Positions 47,105 through 59,600 of a DNA stretch of 64,000 nt are shown in pieces. The stretch's first letter is position 1; the number at the start of each line of letters is the position of its first letter. A program made the position numbers and the translations under genes. The notes beneath the pieces are model-generated. The model was not told where the DNA came from. It ran no database searches and saw nothing but the letters and a program-made list of their open reading frames with translations. This stretch comes from an uncultured virus (IMG/VR IMGVR_UViG_2657245422_000003) (taxonomy: Duplodnaviria; Heunggongvirae; Uroviricota; Caudoviricetes). The stretch is taken from positions 1-64,000 of IMG/VR virus record IMGVR_UViG_2657245422_000003, one strand, 5' to 3'.

Positions 47105-50100
47105 TGGCAGACGTCGCATCTTTAGCGGTCGGGCTGCACCTGAACGCAGCCAGTTTTAAATCCCAGTTGCTGGGAGCGTATGGCGATGCGGAGAACCAGT
47201 CACGACGGTTTAACCGTAATGCCCAGGCGGACGCGAAAAAGACGGAGGACGCCTATAAGAAGGTCGGTCTGTCGATATCCGGGATGGCCAGCCGGCTGGC
47301 GGGGCTGGCAGGAGCCGGCCTTTCCATCGGTACGATCGTCACCACGTCCAGACAATATGGACAGGCATTATCAGACCTGCAGGCCATCACCGGTGCGACT
47401 GCTGCTGAAATGAAAGCGCTGGATCTGGCTGCGCAGGAAATGGGACGCACGACAGAGTACAGCGCCAGCCAGGCCGCCGAGGCGCTAAAGCTGATGGCGT
47501 CGGCTAAACCGGAGCTTTTAAAAACGTCCGATGGACTGCAGAAGGCTACGAACAGCGCGCTTATCCTGGCGCAGGCCGCCGGCACAACGCTGCCCGATGC
47601 GACCAGAACGCTGGCGCTCTCCTTAAACCAGTACGGGGCGAGCGCGCAGGAGGCGGATCGTTATATCAACGTGCTGGCCGCCGGCGCGAAGTACGGGTCG
47701 TCGGAGATTGTGGATACAGCGGCCGCCATTAAAAATGGTGGCGTCGCAGCCGCACAGGCCGGCGTTGGTTTTGAGCAGCTGAATGCCGCGATTCAGGTGC
47801 TGGCAGAGCGTGAAATTAAAGGCGGTGAAGCCGGCACGGCGCTGCGTAACGTCATCCTGAATCTGGAAAAGGGCACGGACAAGAGTCTCAAGCCGTCCGT
47901 GGTTGGTCTCAGCCAGGCGCTGACCAATCTTTCCGGGAAAAATCTCTCCACGGCCCAGGCCGTAAAACTGTTTGGCGTGGAGAACCTGAATGCGGCGTCT
48001 ATCCTGGTCCAGAACCGTTCAAGGCTTGATGAGCTGACCGCTTCCCTGACCGGTACCAAAACGGCGCATGAGCAGGCATCCATCAGGGTTAACAACCTGA
48101 ACGGCGATTTGCTGGGTCTGAGCAGTGCGTTTGAAGGGATGGTCATTAAGATCGGCCAGAGCAGTAACGGGCCACTCCGCAGCGGGATTCAGGTTGCCAC
48201 GGAGGCACTGAACAGCCTGGCAGACAATTTCAACACCGTCTCCAGCGTGGCGCTTTACAGTCTGATCCCCGTGCTATCCACGAAACTGACCGCAGGGCTG
48301 CGGGAGAATATCGCGGCCTGGCGGGAAAGCCAGGCGGCGGTAAAAGCGCGGGCGCAGGCTGATGCGGATATTGCCCGCAAAACGCTGGATTCGACAGCTG
48401 CCATCCTGAAACAGAACGACGCTGAGTTTGGCCACTACCGGCAGATGGAGCGGACGGCTAAACAGTACGGGATGAATATCAGTTACCAGGATGAGTTTGC
48501 CCGCCTCATCCGACAGGAAACTGAACAAACCAATCTGGCCAGCCAGGCGAAACTGAAACTGGCGGCGGCAAACCGGCAATTGTCGATATCAGCCCGCGCG
48601 GCCTCTGTTGCGGTGGGCCTGGCAAGAGGCGCCCTGGCTTTTGTTGGTGGTCCGGTTGGCGCGGCGACGCTGGCTGGATCTGCATTACTGTATTTCCATC
48701 AACAAGCAAAAGAAGCCCGGCAATCGGCCATTGATTTAAAAGATGCCGTAGTGGAAACCAGTGAAGCGCTGATGCGCCTCTCGCTTAACCAGTTAAATGT
48801 GAAGCAGTTCGACCTGGAGGATAAGTACGAAAACCAGGTCGTGCAGCGTAACCAGCTGATGAAAGAGATTCAGGATGCCGACAGTCGTATCGACAGCCTG
48901 AAAGGGTTTGACCCCTTCGGCCAGCTGGAAGGGGTGACAAAAGGCCAGGCGCGTGCACGGGCGGATCTCGAAAGCGTTAACGAGGGACTCCGCAAAACTG
49001 AGGAAAACATTAAGCGTGTCAGTGATGCAAAAACACTGGCTCAGCTGGGTTTATCGGGAAAAATAACCTCCCTTACGGACGATCTGAAAGGGGCGTTAAG
49101 CACGCCCCCTAAAGAGACCGGAGAGGGAAATCCCTGGGGCGGCGATGGCGGTACCGGCACGGGGAAAGGCAGTAAGTCCCAGGTCGACCAGTTCAAAACG
49201 CTGCGGCAGCAAATTGAAGAAGCCCATGCGTCCAGCCTGGCCAGAATTAACCTGCAGGAAAAGGACAGTAACAGGGAGCTGCAGGAAGCGGCGAAGAAAA
49301 ATGGCGCCAGTGATGCTGACCTGCAGCGCGCGCTGTTAATGAACGCAGAGAATTACCAGAAACAGCGACTGGATCTGGCCGCGCAGTATTCCCCCGCCCA
49401 GGAAACTCTGCGAAAAGAGCAGGAAGCCAGCCGGGACCTGGCTGAGCTTTTCAAAGCCCGCCTTCTTGATGAAAAAGAGTACCAGGCCGCACGAATAACG
49501 CTGGCCAGAGATACCGCGAAAGAGCTGCTGCAGGCGCATGCCGATGAAATCGCTGCGCCGGCACTGGATATCGCCGGCGAAGTTGATCCACTGGTCTCGC
49601 TGCGCAATCAGCTTGCGCATCGGCAGGCATTGCTGCAGGCGTACTACCAGGGCAGCGCGATCAGCAAAGAACAGTACGAAATGCTGATGCAGAAGGCGAC
49701 GAAAGAATCCGCCGATGCGCAGTATCAGACGACACTGGAGTTATACCGATCACAGGGAGAATTCCAGAGCCTGGCCGTCGGGTTATTTGAAACGGCCCAT
49801 GAGCGCTCTAGCAACTTCCTGACGAGCATGCTGACGCGGACGAGAAGCTTTAAGGAGAACATGGCTGACCTGTTTTCCTCGCTCACACAGTCAATCATAA
49901 AAAATCTCGTTGATATGGCCGCTCAGGCGCTGGTCACCAGTACCGTCATGCAAACCATTATGGGCGTGGTGGGCGTCGGGACCAGCGTTGTCACGGGCGC
50001 TGCGGGCGCAGGCTCGGGGACGGCGATCCAGAATGCCGCCAGTAACTTCCAGTTCAACGCCAAAGGCGGCGTTTATGACTCACCGTCGCTAAGCGCATAC

Positions 50101-50439
50101 AGCAACCAGGTCTACGACTCTCCGCAGTTCTTCGCTTTTGCAAAAGGGGCCGGCGTATTTGGCGAGGCCGGGCCGGAGGCCATCATGCCGCTGACGCGTG
50201 CCGGCGATGGTTCGCTGGGTGTACGCGCTGTCGGTGGTGGTCAGAACGCCGGCGCGTCGGAAGGGCCAAAAGTCTATATCACGATTGAAGGCGGAAACAC
50301 CTCAACGCAGGCGCCGTCTGGTTTTGAGCAGTTTGGCCAGCAGATTGGCTCGTTTGTGGAGAAAAAATACAGGGAGCTGATGGCGCAGGATATGCGCCCT
50401 GGGGGGATGGTCTGGAATGCAGTTAAAGGACAACGTTGA
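47104..50439 (+). CDS. Tail tape measure protein
   Basis: 1111 aa, Ala-rich helical; NAKGGVY, GEAGPEAIMPL. Confidence 0.93.
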   Translation: MADVASLAVGLHLNAASFKSQLLGAYGDAENQSRRFNRNAQADAKKTEDAYKKVGLSISGMASRLAGLAGAGLSIGTIVTTSRQYGQALSDLQAITGATAAEMKALDLAAQEMGRTTEYSASQAAEALKLMASAKPELLKTSDGLQKATNSALILAQAAGTTLPDATRTLALSLNQYGASAQEADRYINVLAAGAKYGSSEIVDTAAAIKNGGVAAAQAGVGFEQLNAAIQVLAEREIKGGEAGTALRNVILNLEKGTDKSLKPSVVGLSQALTNLSGKNLSTAQAVKLFGVENLNAASILVQNRSRLDELTASLTGTKTAHEQASIRVNNLNGDLLGLSSAFEGMVIKIGQSSNGPLRSGIQVATEALNSLADNFNTVSSVALYSLIPVLSTKLTAGLRENIAAWRESQAAVKARAQADADIARKTLDSTAAILKQNDAEFGHYRQMERTAKQYGMNISYQDEFARLIRQETEQTNLASQAKLKLAAANRQLSISARAASVAVGLARGALAFVGGPVGAATLAGSALLYFHQQAKEARQSAIDLKDAVVETSEALMRLSLNQLNVKQFDLEDKYENQVVQRNQLMKEIQDADSRIDSLKGFDPFGQLEGVTKGQARARADLESVNEGLRKTEENIKRVSDAKTLAQLGLSGKITSLTDDLKGALSTPPKETGEGNPWGGDGGTGTGKGSKSQVDQFKTLRQQIEEAHASSLARINLQEKDSNRELQEAAKKNGASDADLQRALLMNAENYQKQRLDLAAQYSPAQETLRKEQEASRDLAELFKARLLDEKEYQAARITLARDTAKELLQAHADEIAAPALDIAGEVDPLVSLRNQLAHRQALLQAYYQGSAISKEQYEMLMQKATKESADAQYQTTLELYRSQGEFQSLAVGLFETAHERSSNFLTSMLTRTRSFKENMADLFSSLTQSIIKNLVDMAAQALVTSTVMQTIMGVVGVGTSVVTGAAGAGSGTAIQNAASNFQFNAKGGVYDSPSLSAYSNQVYDSPQFFAFAKGAGVFGEAGPEAIMPLTRAGDGSLGVRAVGGGQNAGASEGPKVYITIEGGNTSTQAPSGFEQFGQQIGSFVEKKYRELMAQDMRPGGMVWNAVKGQR

Positions 50440-50777
50440 TGGCTATTGAGATATTCACCTGGAGTCCGCGGGTTAATCCCCAGCAGACCGTTAACTTTCG
50501 TGTCCGGAAGGCGCAGTTCGGTGACGGGTATGCGCAGGTATCCGGCGATGGTATTAACACCCGATCACAGGATTGGGAGCTGAGTTTTGTCGGTACGGAG
50601 GACTATATCCGTCCGATTAAGCAGTTCCTCGACCGTCATGCCGGCACCCGCGCGTTTCAGTGGACCCCGCCTCTGGAAGAGGTGGGGCTTTACCGCTGCG
50701 AACAATACAAACCGGTGCCGCTGGGCGGCGGAAATTACTCACTTTCAGCCACTTTTATTCAGGCATTTAAACCATGA
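50439..50777 (+). CDS. Minor tail protein, gpM-like
   Basis: AQFGDGYAQ..DGIN, FLDRHAG..AFQWTPP. Confidence 0.9.
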   Translation: MAIEIFTWSPRVNPQQTVNFRVRKAQFGDGYAQVSGDGINTRSQDWELSFVGTEDYIRPIKQFLDRHAGTRAFQWTPPLEEVGLYRCEQYKPVPLGGGNYSLSATFIQAFKP

Positions 50778-51529
50778 GCCTTAACGCGAATTATCAGAAG
50801 TTAGAGCCAGGCGATGAGGTTCGTCTCCTGGAGATCGATGGCCAGGCGTTTGGCCTGGACGAGGTTTTGTATTTCCACGGCTATAACGTTCCCCATACTG
50901 CAGCCGAAATCCTCGCCGCTGGCGGCGACCTGAATAAGCTGCCGGCGAAAAGCATCTGGTGGCAGGGGCGGGAGTATAAAGCCTGGCCATGTGAAATCGA
51001 AGGGATCGAGTCATCCACCACTGGCAGCGACGCGCAGCCAACGCTGCGGGTAGGGAACATCGACGGAAAGATATCCGCGCTCTGTCTTCATTACGATGAT
51101 CTGGCTCTGGCGCGGGTTGTCATCCACGACACACAAAAACAGTATCTCGATGCGAAGAACTTCCCGGACGGGAATGCCTCAGCCGATCCTACGCAGGAGA
51201 AACGGCGCCTTTTCTTCATCGACGTAAAGCATTATGAAGACGATGAGAAGGTGGAATTTACTCTCTCCAGCCCGTTTGCCCTGCAGGGGATAATGATCCC
51301 CACTCGCCAGCTGCATGCGATTTGCACCTGGTGCATCCGCAATCAATACCGCAGTGGTAACGGGTGCGACTATGCCGGCACCCGGTATTTTGACAGGAAC
51401 AATCAGCCAGTTGATGACCCGTCGCAGGATGTCTGCAACGGCACGCTCACGGCCTGCAAATTACGTCATGGTGAGAATAGTGAACTGCCGTTTGGCGGGT
51501 TCCCCGGCACTTCATTAATCAGGAGCTGA
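50774..51529 (+). CDS. Minor tail protein, gpL-like
   Basis: IWWQGREY, IPTRQ...CTW, C-terminal Cys cluster, FGGFPG. Confidence 0.9.
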   Translation: MSLNANYQKLEPGDEVRLLEIDGQAFGLDEVLYFHGYNVPHTAAEILAAGGDLNKLPAKSIWWQGREYKAWPCEIEGIESSTTGSDAQPTLRVGNIDGKISALCLHYDDLALARVVIHDTQKQYLDAKNFPDGNASADPTQEKRRLFFIDVKHYEDDEKVEFTLSSPFALQGIMIPTRQLHAICTWCIRNQYRSGNGCDYAGTRYFDRNNQPVDDPSQDVCNGTLTACKLRHGENSELPFGGFPGTSLIRS

Positions 51530-51530
51530 T

Positions 51531-52241
51531 ATGCGTCAGAAAACGATTAAGGCCATCCAGGAACATGCGGCCGCAGAATATCCGCGCGAGGCCTGCGGCC
51601 TCGTCGCCCAGAGGGGCCGAGCGGAGCGTTACTTCCCCTGCCGGAACCTGGCCACAGAGTCGAAAGATAATTTTGTGCTGGCGCCGGAGGATTATGCGGA
51701 GGTTGAGGAATGGGGAACGATCACCGGTATTGTTCACAGCCATCCTGATGCCACTACCCAGCCGAGCGAACTGGATAAAGCGCAATGCGACGCGATCCTT
51801 CTCCCCTGGCATATTATCAGCTGGCCAGAAGGCGATCTCCGTACCATCCACCCGCGTGGTGAGTTGCCGCTCCTCGAGCGACCATTCGTGCTGGGTCACT
51901 ACGATTGCTGGGGCCTGGTGATGAGCTATTTTCGGCAAACCCACGGCATCGAGCTGCACGATTACCGCGTCGATTATCCGTGGTGGGAAAAGGAGTATCC
52001 GGACAATTTTTATCAGGACTGCTGGTATGAATGCGGGTTCCGTGAGTTTGATGGTCCACCGCAACCGGGTGATATGGTGATCATGCAGGTGCAGGCGGAT
52101 AAGTGGAACCACGCCGGGATTCTGCTGGAAGGGAATATGCTGCTGCATCACCTGTATGGCCATCTCAGCAAGCGCGTGCCGTATGGTGGGTACTGGATGG
52201 AAAGGACGATGAAGATTGTTCGATACAAAACATTAACTTAG
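51531..52241 (+). CDS. Tail assembly protein, gpK-like (JAB + NlpC/P60)
   Basis: PREACGL, HSHPD, DCWGL, NHAGI. Confidence 0.9.
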   Translation: MRQKTIKAIQEHAAAEYPREACGLVAQRGRAERYFPCRNLATESKDNFVLAPEDYAEVEEWGTITGIVHSHPDATTQPSELDKAQCDAILLPWHIISWPEGDLRTIHPRGELPLLERPFVLGHYDCWGLVMSYFRQTHGIELHDYRVDYPWWEKEYPDNFYQDCWYECGFREFDGPPQPGDMVIMQVQADKWNHAGILLEGNMLLHHLYGHLSKRVPYGGYWMERTMKIVRYKTLT

Positions 52242-52301
52242 GCTTTATATATCACTTCTCTTTGGTACCATCTAACTTCCTTTACTCATGGGAATATGGA
52301 T

Positions 52302-52979
52302 ATGAAGAAAGTAGTGATATTTTTAGCCACATTGGCATTAGCAGGATGTGTATCAAACTCAGAAAGACAAAAGCAGCAAGCTGAAATTGATAGAACCACG
52401 CCATACTGTTCATCCCAAAAACAATGCGATGCGGCTTGGGCTGCTGCAAGACAGTGGGTGAATCAGAATTGTGGAATGAAAATCCAGAACTATAGTAGTG
52501 ATTATATAGAAACATATAATTCCCCTGCTAATAGTGCAGCAATTGCATGCCAAGTAACCAAAAATCCTTTGCCTACAGGTGCTAGCTCAATAAACGTACG
52601 TATATCATGCTCAAATATGTTTGGATGCGTTCCTGATGTATATCAGGCTGCTATTAATTTCAATAAATATATTAATGATTATATTGAGAGATTTGCACCA
52701 GTCAGAATGGGCTTTATGGCACGAATGTCTGACACCAAGGGGAATGAGGTACAAAACACGTCTTATTCTGCAGGAATGTTAATAAAAGGTGTTACTCATG
52801 ACGGTCCTGCTTATAAAGCAGGTTTACGTGACGATGATATTGTCACAGCGGTAGGGAATGATGCGGTGCGAAACCAGTACGACTTGACCTCTGTGATGGA
52901 AAAATATCACTCAGGGGATAACGTGAAAGTCACCATTTTAAGGAATGGAAAGGAATTAATTAAAGAAGTGCATCTTTAA
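52302..52979 (+). CDS. Lipoprotein with C-terminal PDZ domain (moron)
   Basis: Lipobox LAGC; GPAYKAGLRDDDIVTAV...VTILRNG; AT-rich insert between K and I. Confidence 0.8.
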   Translation: MKKVVIFLATLALAGCVSNSERQKQQAEIDRTTPYCSSQKQCDAAWAAARQWVNQNCGMKIQNYSSDYIETYNSPANSAAIACQVTKNPLPTGASSINVRISCSNMFGCVPDVYQAAINFNKYINDYIERFAPVRMGFMARMSDTKGNEVQNTSYSAGMLIKGVTHDGPAYKAGLRDDDIVTAVGNDAVRNQYDLTSVMEKYHSGDNVKVTILRNGKELIKEVHL

Positions 52980-53025
52980 AAATTATAGGCCTGATTATAT
53001 TCAGGCCTTCATTTTTGGGGTATAT

Positions 53026-53616
53026 ATGAAAGAAACAATGACAAGGATTGAGCTTTCTGGCACCTTGGGGAAAATGTTTGGAAAAGTTCATCATCGATTG
53101 ATTTCTACTACGCATGAAGCAGGTATAGCGTTAGCAAATACGATACCGGGCTTTGAAAAATTCATGATATCCAGTGAGGAACGCGGATTAACCTATGCCA
53201 TATTTAAAAAAAATAAGAACATTGGACTAGATGATTTAGGTTTTCCGGTGACAGGTGAGGTTATACGTATTGTGCCTGTCGTGGTCGGGAGTAAAAAATC
53301 CGGATTCCTACAGACAATTTTAGGTGCGGTCATCGTTGCGGCTGGAGCTGTCGCTACATTCGTATTTGATCAGCCGTGGGGTGTTAATGTAATGATGGCT
53401 GGCGGTGCCATGATGCTCGGCGGCGTCGTTCAGATGCTCTCCCCACAGCCAGCTGGCCTGGCACGAAAAGAATCCGCTGACAATAAAGCGTCCTACGCCT
53501 TTGGGGGAGTGACGAACACTGCCTCTCAGGGATACCCGGTCCCTTTGCTTTATGGAAAACGCCGAATTGGCGGAGCCATTATATCTGCCGGTATTTACGT
53601 AGAAGACCAGCAATAA
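53026..53616 (+). CDS. Tail assembly protein, gpI-like
   Basis: IRIVPVVVGSK, GGVVQMLSPQ, QGYPVPLLYG. Confidence 0.9.
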   Translation: MKETMTRIELSGTLGKMFGKVHHRLISTTHEAGIALANTIPGFEKFMISSEERGLTYAIFKKNKNIGLDDLGFPVTGEVIRIVPVVVGSKKSGFLQTILGAVIVAAGAVATFVFDQPWGVNVMMAGGAMMLGGVVQMLSPQPAGLARKESADNKASYAFGGVTNTASQGYPVPLLYGKRRIGGAIISAGIYVEDQQ

Positions 53617-53644
53617 GTTTTATTCAGTAAACCATCCAATTCAG

Positions 53645-53667
53645 GCCACCTTGCGGTGGCTTTTTTT
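53645..53667 (+). terminator. Hairpin plus T-run before gpJ
   Basis: GCCACC-TTGC-GGTGGC-T7. Confidence 0.6.
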
Positions 53668-53678
53668 ATGGGCGTAAT

Positions 53679-56600
53679 ATGGCAAATAACATAATTAAAG
53701 GGCGCAAGGGTGGCGGCTCAAAGCAGCGTACACCGACGGAACAGCCGGATGATTTACAGTCCGTTGCGAAAGCCAAAATTCTGCTCGCATTAGGTGAGGG
53801 TGAATTTGCAGGTGGTTTAACCGGGAAAGATATTTATCTTGATGGCACCCCGCTTGAAAATGCTGATGGTTCGCAAAACTTCAGTGGCGTGTCCTGGGAA
53901 TTTCGCCCCGGCACGCAGGCTCAGACTTATATTCAGGGTATTCCCGGTACTGAAAATGAAATCAGTGTAGGAACGGAAGTTTCCAGCAAGACAGCCTGGA
54001 CCCATACCTTTACTAATACCCAGCTTTCTGCCGTTCGTGTCCGCCTGAAATGGCCGTCCCTGATGAAACAGGAAGATGACGGCGACGTGGTGGGCAATAC
54101 CGTCAAGTATGCGATTGACCTGCAGACCGACGGCGGCACCTGGCAGACGGTGCTGGAAACCGCTGTCACGGGTAAAACCACCTCCGGTTATGAGCGGAGC
54201 CATCGTATTGATCTGCCCCATGCCGGCAGTACCTGGACGCTACGCCTGCGTAAAATCTCTCCGGATGCAAACAGTGTCAAAGTTGGCGACGTGATGACGC
54301 TGCAGAGCTATACCGAAGTGATTGACGCGAAGCTGCGTTATCCCAACACCGCGCTGCTTTATATCGAGTTCGACTCCAGCCAGTTTAATGGCTCCATTCC
54401 GCAAATTTCCTGTGAGCCGCGTGGGCGCGTGATTCGTGTGCCGGATAACTACAATCCGGAAACCCGCGAATATACCGGCGTCTGGACCGGCGGGTTTAAA
54501 TGGGCCTGGACGGATAACCCGGCCTGGATCTATTACGACATTGTTACAGCTGACCGTTTTGGTCTCGGTAATCGTCTGAGCAGCGCCAATATTTCGAAAT
54601 GGACGTTGTACCAGATTGCACAGTACTGCGATCAGCTGGTTCCTGACGGGCGTGGTGGTGACGGCATGGAGCCGCGCTATACCTGTAACGTCTATGTCCA
54701 GGAACGCAACGATGCTTACACCGTGCTGCGAGACTTTGCCGCCATTTTCCGGGGCATGACCTGCTGGAACGGTGAGCAGATTGTTGTGCAGGCTGATATG
54801 CCGCGTGATGTCGATTTTACCTATACGCGCGCCAATATTGTCGGCAAACCCCGTTATTCGAGCAGCAGCAGCCAGGTTCGGTACACCAACGCCCTGATTT
54901 CCTGGTCTGATCCGGATAATGCTTATGCTGATGCAATGGAGCCGGCGTTTATCCCGGAACTGGTTTCCCGCTACAGTTTTAACCAGCTCGAAATGACCGC
55001 GATTGGCTGTACGCGCCAGAGCGAAGCCCACCGTAAGGGGCTGTGGGGCATACTGACCAACAACAAAGACCGGGTCGTTGAGTTTGATGTGGGGCTGGAC
55101 GGTCGCATTCCTCAACCCGGTTATATCATTGCCCTGGCGGATGAGTTGCTGGCCGGACGGGTCAACGGCGGGCGAATCAGCGCGGTGAATGGCCGGGTGA
55201 TTACGCTGGATCGTGATGTGGATGCCAAACCTGGCGACCGCCTCCAGCTAAACCTGCCATCCGGGATCTCACAGAGCCGGACTATTCAGGCTGTTAACGG
55301 ACGCCGGCAGATTACGGTCACAACGGCGTACAGTGAGACACCAGAACGGGAATGCGTCTGGGCCATTGAATCCGATGACCTCTTCCTGCAGCAGTACCGG
55401 GTTACAGGGGTAAAAGAGAACAGCGATGCCACCCTCACGATCACCGGCGTGGCACATGACCCGGATAAATTCCCCCGCATCGATACCGGCGCTATTATCG
55501 ACCAGCGCCCGGTTAGCGTATTGCCGGCGGGCAACCAGTCACCTCCTGACGATATTGTCATCACATCCCGCTCGGTTGTGAATCAGGGGATCAGCGTCGA
55601 AACGATGCAGGTTAACTGGTCAGCGGTCAGCGGTGCAATTGCCTACGAGGCGCAGTGGCGCCGTAACGACGGGAACTGGATTAATGTGCCGCGCAGCTCG
55701 ACCACCTCGTTTGAGGTCAGCGGCATCTATGCCGGTCGTTACCTGGTTCGCGTCCGCGCGATCAATGCGGCGGAGATTTCGAGCGGGTGGGCGTATTCCG
55801 AAGAGAAAACCCTGACCGGCAAGGTCGGCGAGCCGCTGGCACCGCTGGCGCTGGCAACCCGTTCGCTGGTTCATGGGGTCCAGGTTAGCTGGGAGTTCCC
55901 GACCGGCTCCGGGGATACGCTGCGCACGGAACTGCAGTACAGCAAAAATCAGGACGGCAGTGCGCCGATGCCGTTATCAGACGTGGCCTATCCGGGGAAA
56001 AGCTATCAGCAGATGGGCCTCAGTATGGGCGCCGAATTCTGGTACCGGGCGCGCCTTGTGGATCGTCTTGGCAATGAAAGCCCGTGGACAGGCTGGGTCC
56101 AGGGGATGGCCAGCGATAACTTTGATGACTACTACGAAAACCTGACCGACGCGATCAAGGATACGGCTGCCTGGGAGGAAACGCAGCGCACCATTAGCGA
56201 AACGCAGGAAGGTATCCGCAATACGCAGCAGGAACTGGAGCAGACCGCTGAAGCTTTGCGTAAGGAAGCCGAAGACCAGGCGAAGCAGGTCAGCCAGGAT
56301 ATTGAAGCATCGGCGAAAAGCATCACTGCTGATGTTGACGGGAAGATCTCCGCCGTGAATAAAACCATCACGGATGAGATAACCTCGGTCAATGAGGCTC
56401 TCGATTCTGGTCTGGCTCAGGCAAACAAAGGTGTTCAGGAGGCAAAATCCGCCGTCGCAGATGCGAACAAGCAGATCGCAACTGTGAACAAGTCGTTGAC
56501 CGACAGCATCACCCAGGTCAGACAGTCAGTCACTGATACGGCTGCGGAAATCAACGCCACCATCGACCTGGAGATTGCCAGGGTCAACAAAACGCTGGCC

Positions 56601-59600
56601 GACGGCGATGCCGCATTGAATGCGCAGATAAAGACTGCCGAAAATGGCCTGAAGCAGTCGCTGTCTCAGGTCAACACCACGCTGACCAGTGCGGTGAAGC
56701 AGGAGACCGCGGATCGTATCGCCGATGTTAACGCGAAGGCGGCACAGGCCGCTGATGAACTGCTGGCGGCAACGCAGGGGATTGAGGCGAGTATCGAGAG
56801 CCTGACTCAGGTGATGAAGACCGCCGATGAAAATCTGGCGCGGGAAATGTCCAGCCTCGCTGCCGGCGCTAATATCCAGTTCGATTCGCAGGTTATCTGG
56901 CATTTCAACAATCAGACGACCGAGGGCTGGACCGGCAGCGCCGGCGTACCGGGTGTGTCACAGGATGGCTGGTTACGCCCGGCGGACAGCGCCACCGATC
57001 CGTACATTACCTCTCCTGGCGGGCTGGCTGTCGATGGTGCGGCGTACCGTTTCATCATGCTGCGCTTTCGTAAAACCGGCAAACCCGTCTGGGCGGGTGA
57101 GATCCGCTGGGTGTCTGCCGGCGAAAACTTCAATAACACGAAGCGATACATTGTTGCTGAGCCGGAATATGCCGATGGGGTGGCAACCCTGACGGTGCGT
57201 GATATTCCGTGGACAGGGAACATTGATCGTATTCGCCTGGATCTGACGAACCAGCAGGATGCCAGCAACTTTATCGAATTCGACTGGATCGCCGTTGGCC
57301 GGCCAGCACCCGGCGCCAGTACGGCGGCTTTGCAGGATGTGCGCAGTACGCTGAGTAACGCGCTGACCGCCGAAGCGCAGGCACGCAGCACGCTGGCGGC
57401 GCAGATGCGTGGCTCCTATGATGGGAGCGATCTGGAGAAAGTCACTTCCGGGCTGCTGTACCAGGAAAAAACCGCGCGCGTTACCGCCATCTCGGCGGAA
57501 GTTAAGGCCAGAGAGTCCCTGCAGACGCAGTTTAACGACAACAAAGCTGCTGTTTCTGGTGAACTGAGTTCTCTGACGACAGAGCAGAGCGCGCAGGCGA
57601 GCCGTATCGGTGGCCTGGAAACCAGCCTCGGGAAAAAAGCCGATGCGGCCGCGCTGACGTCCCTGACGCAGAAAGTGGAGCAACAGGGCGCCACGCTGAC
57701 ATCGCAGGGCGCCGCGTTAACATCGCTCACTAACCGGGTTGGCCAGACGGAAACGGGCCTGGCTGGTACGAATGAGGCGCTGAGCGGGCTGCAGTCTGTT
57801 GTTACCCGGCAGGGCGACAGGATAACCAGCCAGGGTCAGTCCATCACGAAACTGACGAGCGATTTGGGCACGACAAATGCCGCGCTGGCGAAGAAAGCGG
57901 AGGCGGCTGCGGTCACTGCCTTAACGCAGCAGGTAGAGCAAAACGGGCAGGATATTCGCAGCAATACTGACAGCATCACCAGCCTGTCAAATCAACTGGT
58001 TAATGGCCAGCCGAATCGCTGGTCCCGTCGACTCTATCCTGTGCAGCTGGCTAACGCCGGGACAGTCCCGTCATTCAGCGATATTCGCGCCGTGGCGCCA
58101 ACGGTCGTGGATGAGGTGGCCGACGCGGCCAAACTGGACTTTACGTCCGCCGGCAGCTATCTGATCGCGCAGTATTCCTGCCAGGTGAAAGTGGCCGCAG
58201 ATACCACCATCACACTGGCGCCCGGCGCCAGGGTTTTTGATGATACCGGCGCCATATTTGTGAACGGGGTTCAGGTCGCCTGGGGTAACGCCAGCTGGAA
58301 TACCGTCAGTTTTGAACTGAAAGGCGGCTGGAACACCGTTGAATTTCTGGTGAATCAGTGGACCGGCCAGGCGTATATCAACCTGGGCCTGAAGCTGTCA
58401 GACAAGGTTGCTGAGATGTACTCCGGTCTCGGGGTATCCGCGCTGGCAAACGCAGCCGGCGTGCTCAGCTCGAATGTCAGCCAGATTGGCAACGAGGTGG
58501 TCAGCAATTCGCAGAGCATCACCCAACTCCGGAATGCGCTGACGCAGACAGACGTGAACGTGGCCAGCAAAGCGGATCAGACGGCGATGAACTCGCTAAC
58601 CGGACGAGTGGAGAAAACGGAATCCGGGCTAACGGCTGCTAACGCCAACATTACCTCGCTGAAATCCGCTGTACGGGCCGGAAACGCATCAGGCGGAGAT
58701 TTAATTCCCAACCCGACATTTGACCCGGCTTACGACCAGATGGGGTTTAGCGTCGTATCCACGACGGCTGAGGAGGTCCCTCCTGGCTGCCCGTATGGTT
58801 ATGCGGCCCGAATTGCCAGCCGGGATCACCATCCTGAGTTTGCCGCGTTCCCGGCCACGCTTAACGATGTGATTGAGATCAGCGCACTGGTTGCCTGCGG
58901 CGCCGGCACGGCGAATTTTAATCTGTATGTTGGCACCGCCGTTCGGCCAGATACGAGCACCGGTGCGCCACTCATGGCGGGGGGCGGGAAATCACCCTCC
59001 GCGACCTGGCAGAGAACCACCTGGCGCTTCAAGGTCACGCAGGCGATGGTGGACAGGGGTTATATCCGCCCGTTCCTGCAGATCTCGCAGAACAGCCCGT
59101 ATGGCACCGTATGGTTCGTTACGGACTGGCATATGCGAAATGTGACAGCGGCGCAAAAGGTTCAGGATACTGCGGATGCCACGGCGGCGGCGGTTGACTC
59201 CCTGACCACCACCGTGACGCAACAGGGTAATCTGCTGACCTCGACCGGCAACCGGACAACCCAGCTGGAAAACGGGCTGGCAACCACCAATGCCGCAGTG
59301 GCCAAAAAGGCTGATGCGACAGCGGTGCAGAATTTGACCAATACCGTCACACAGCTGGGCAACGACCTGACGGCTGCGAACAGCGCCATCACGAAACTGA
59401 CCGGAAATCTGGCGAATACCGATAAAGCGCTGGCGCAGAAAGCCGATGCGACAGCGCTGGCCACGCTCGACACGAAAGTGACGCAGCAGGGCAAAACGCT
59501 GGAGAGCCAGAGCAATTCGCTGACGAACCTGTCGAACAGCCTCTCGCACGTCGCGGCAGATATCGATGCCAGCGGGCAGATACCGGGTAACCTGGTCGTG

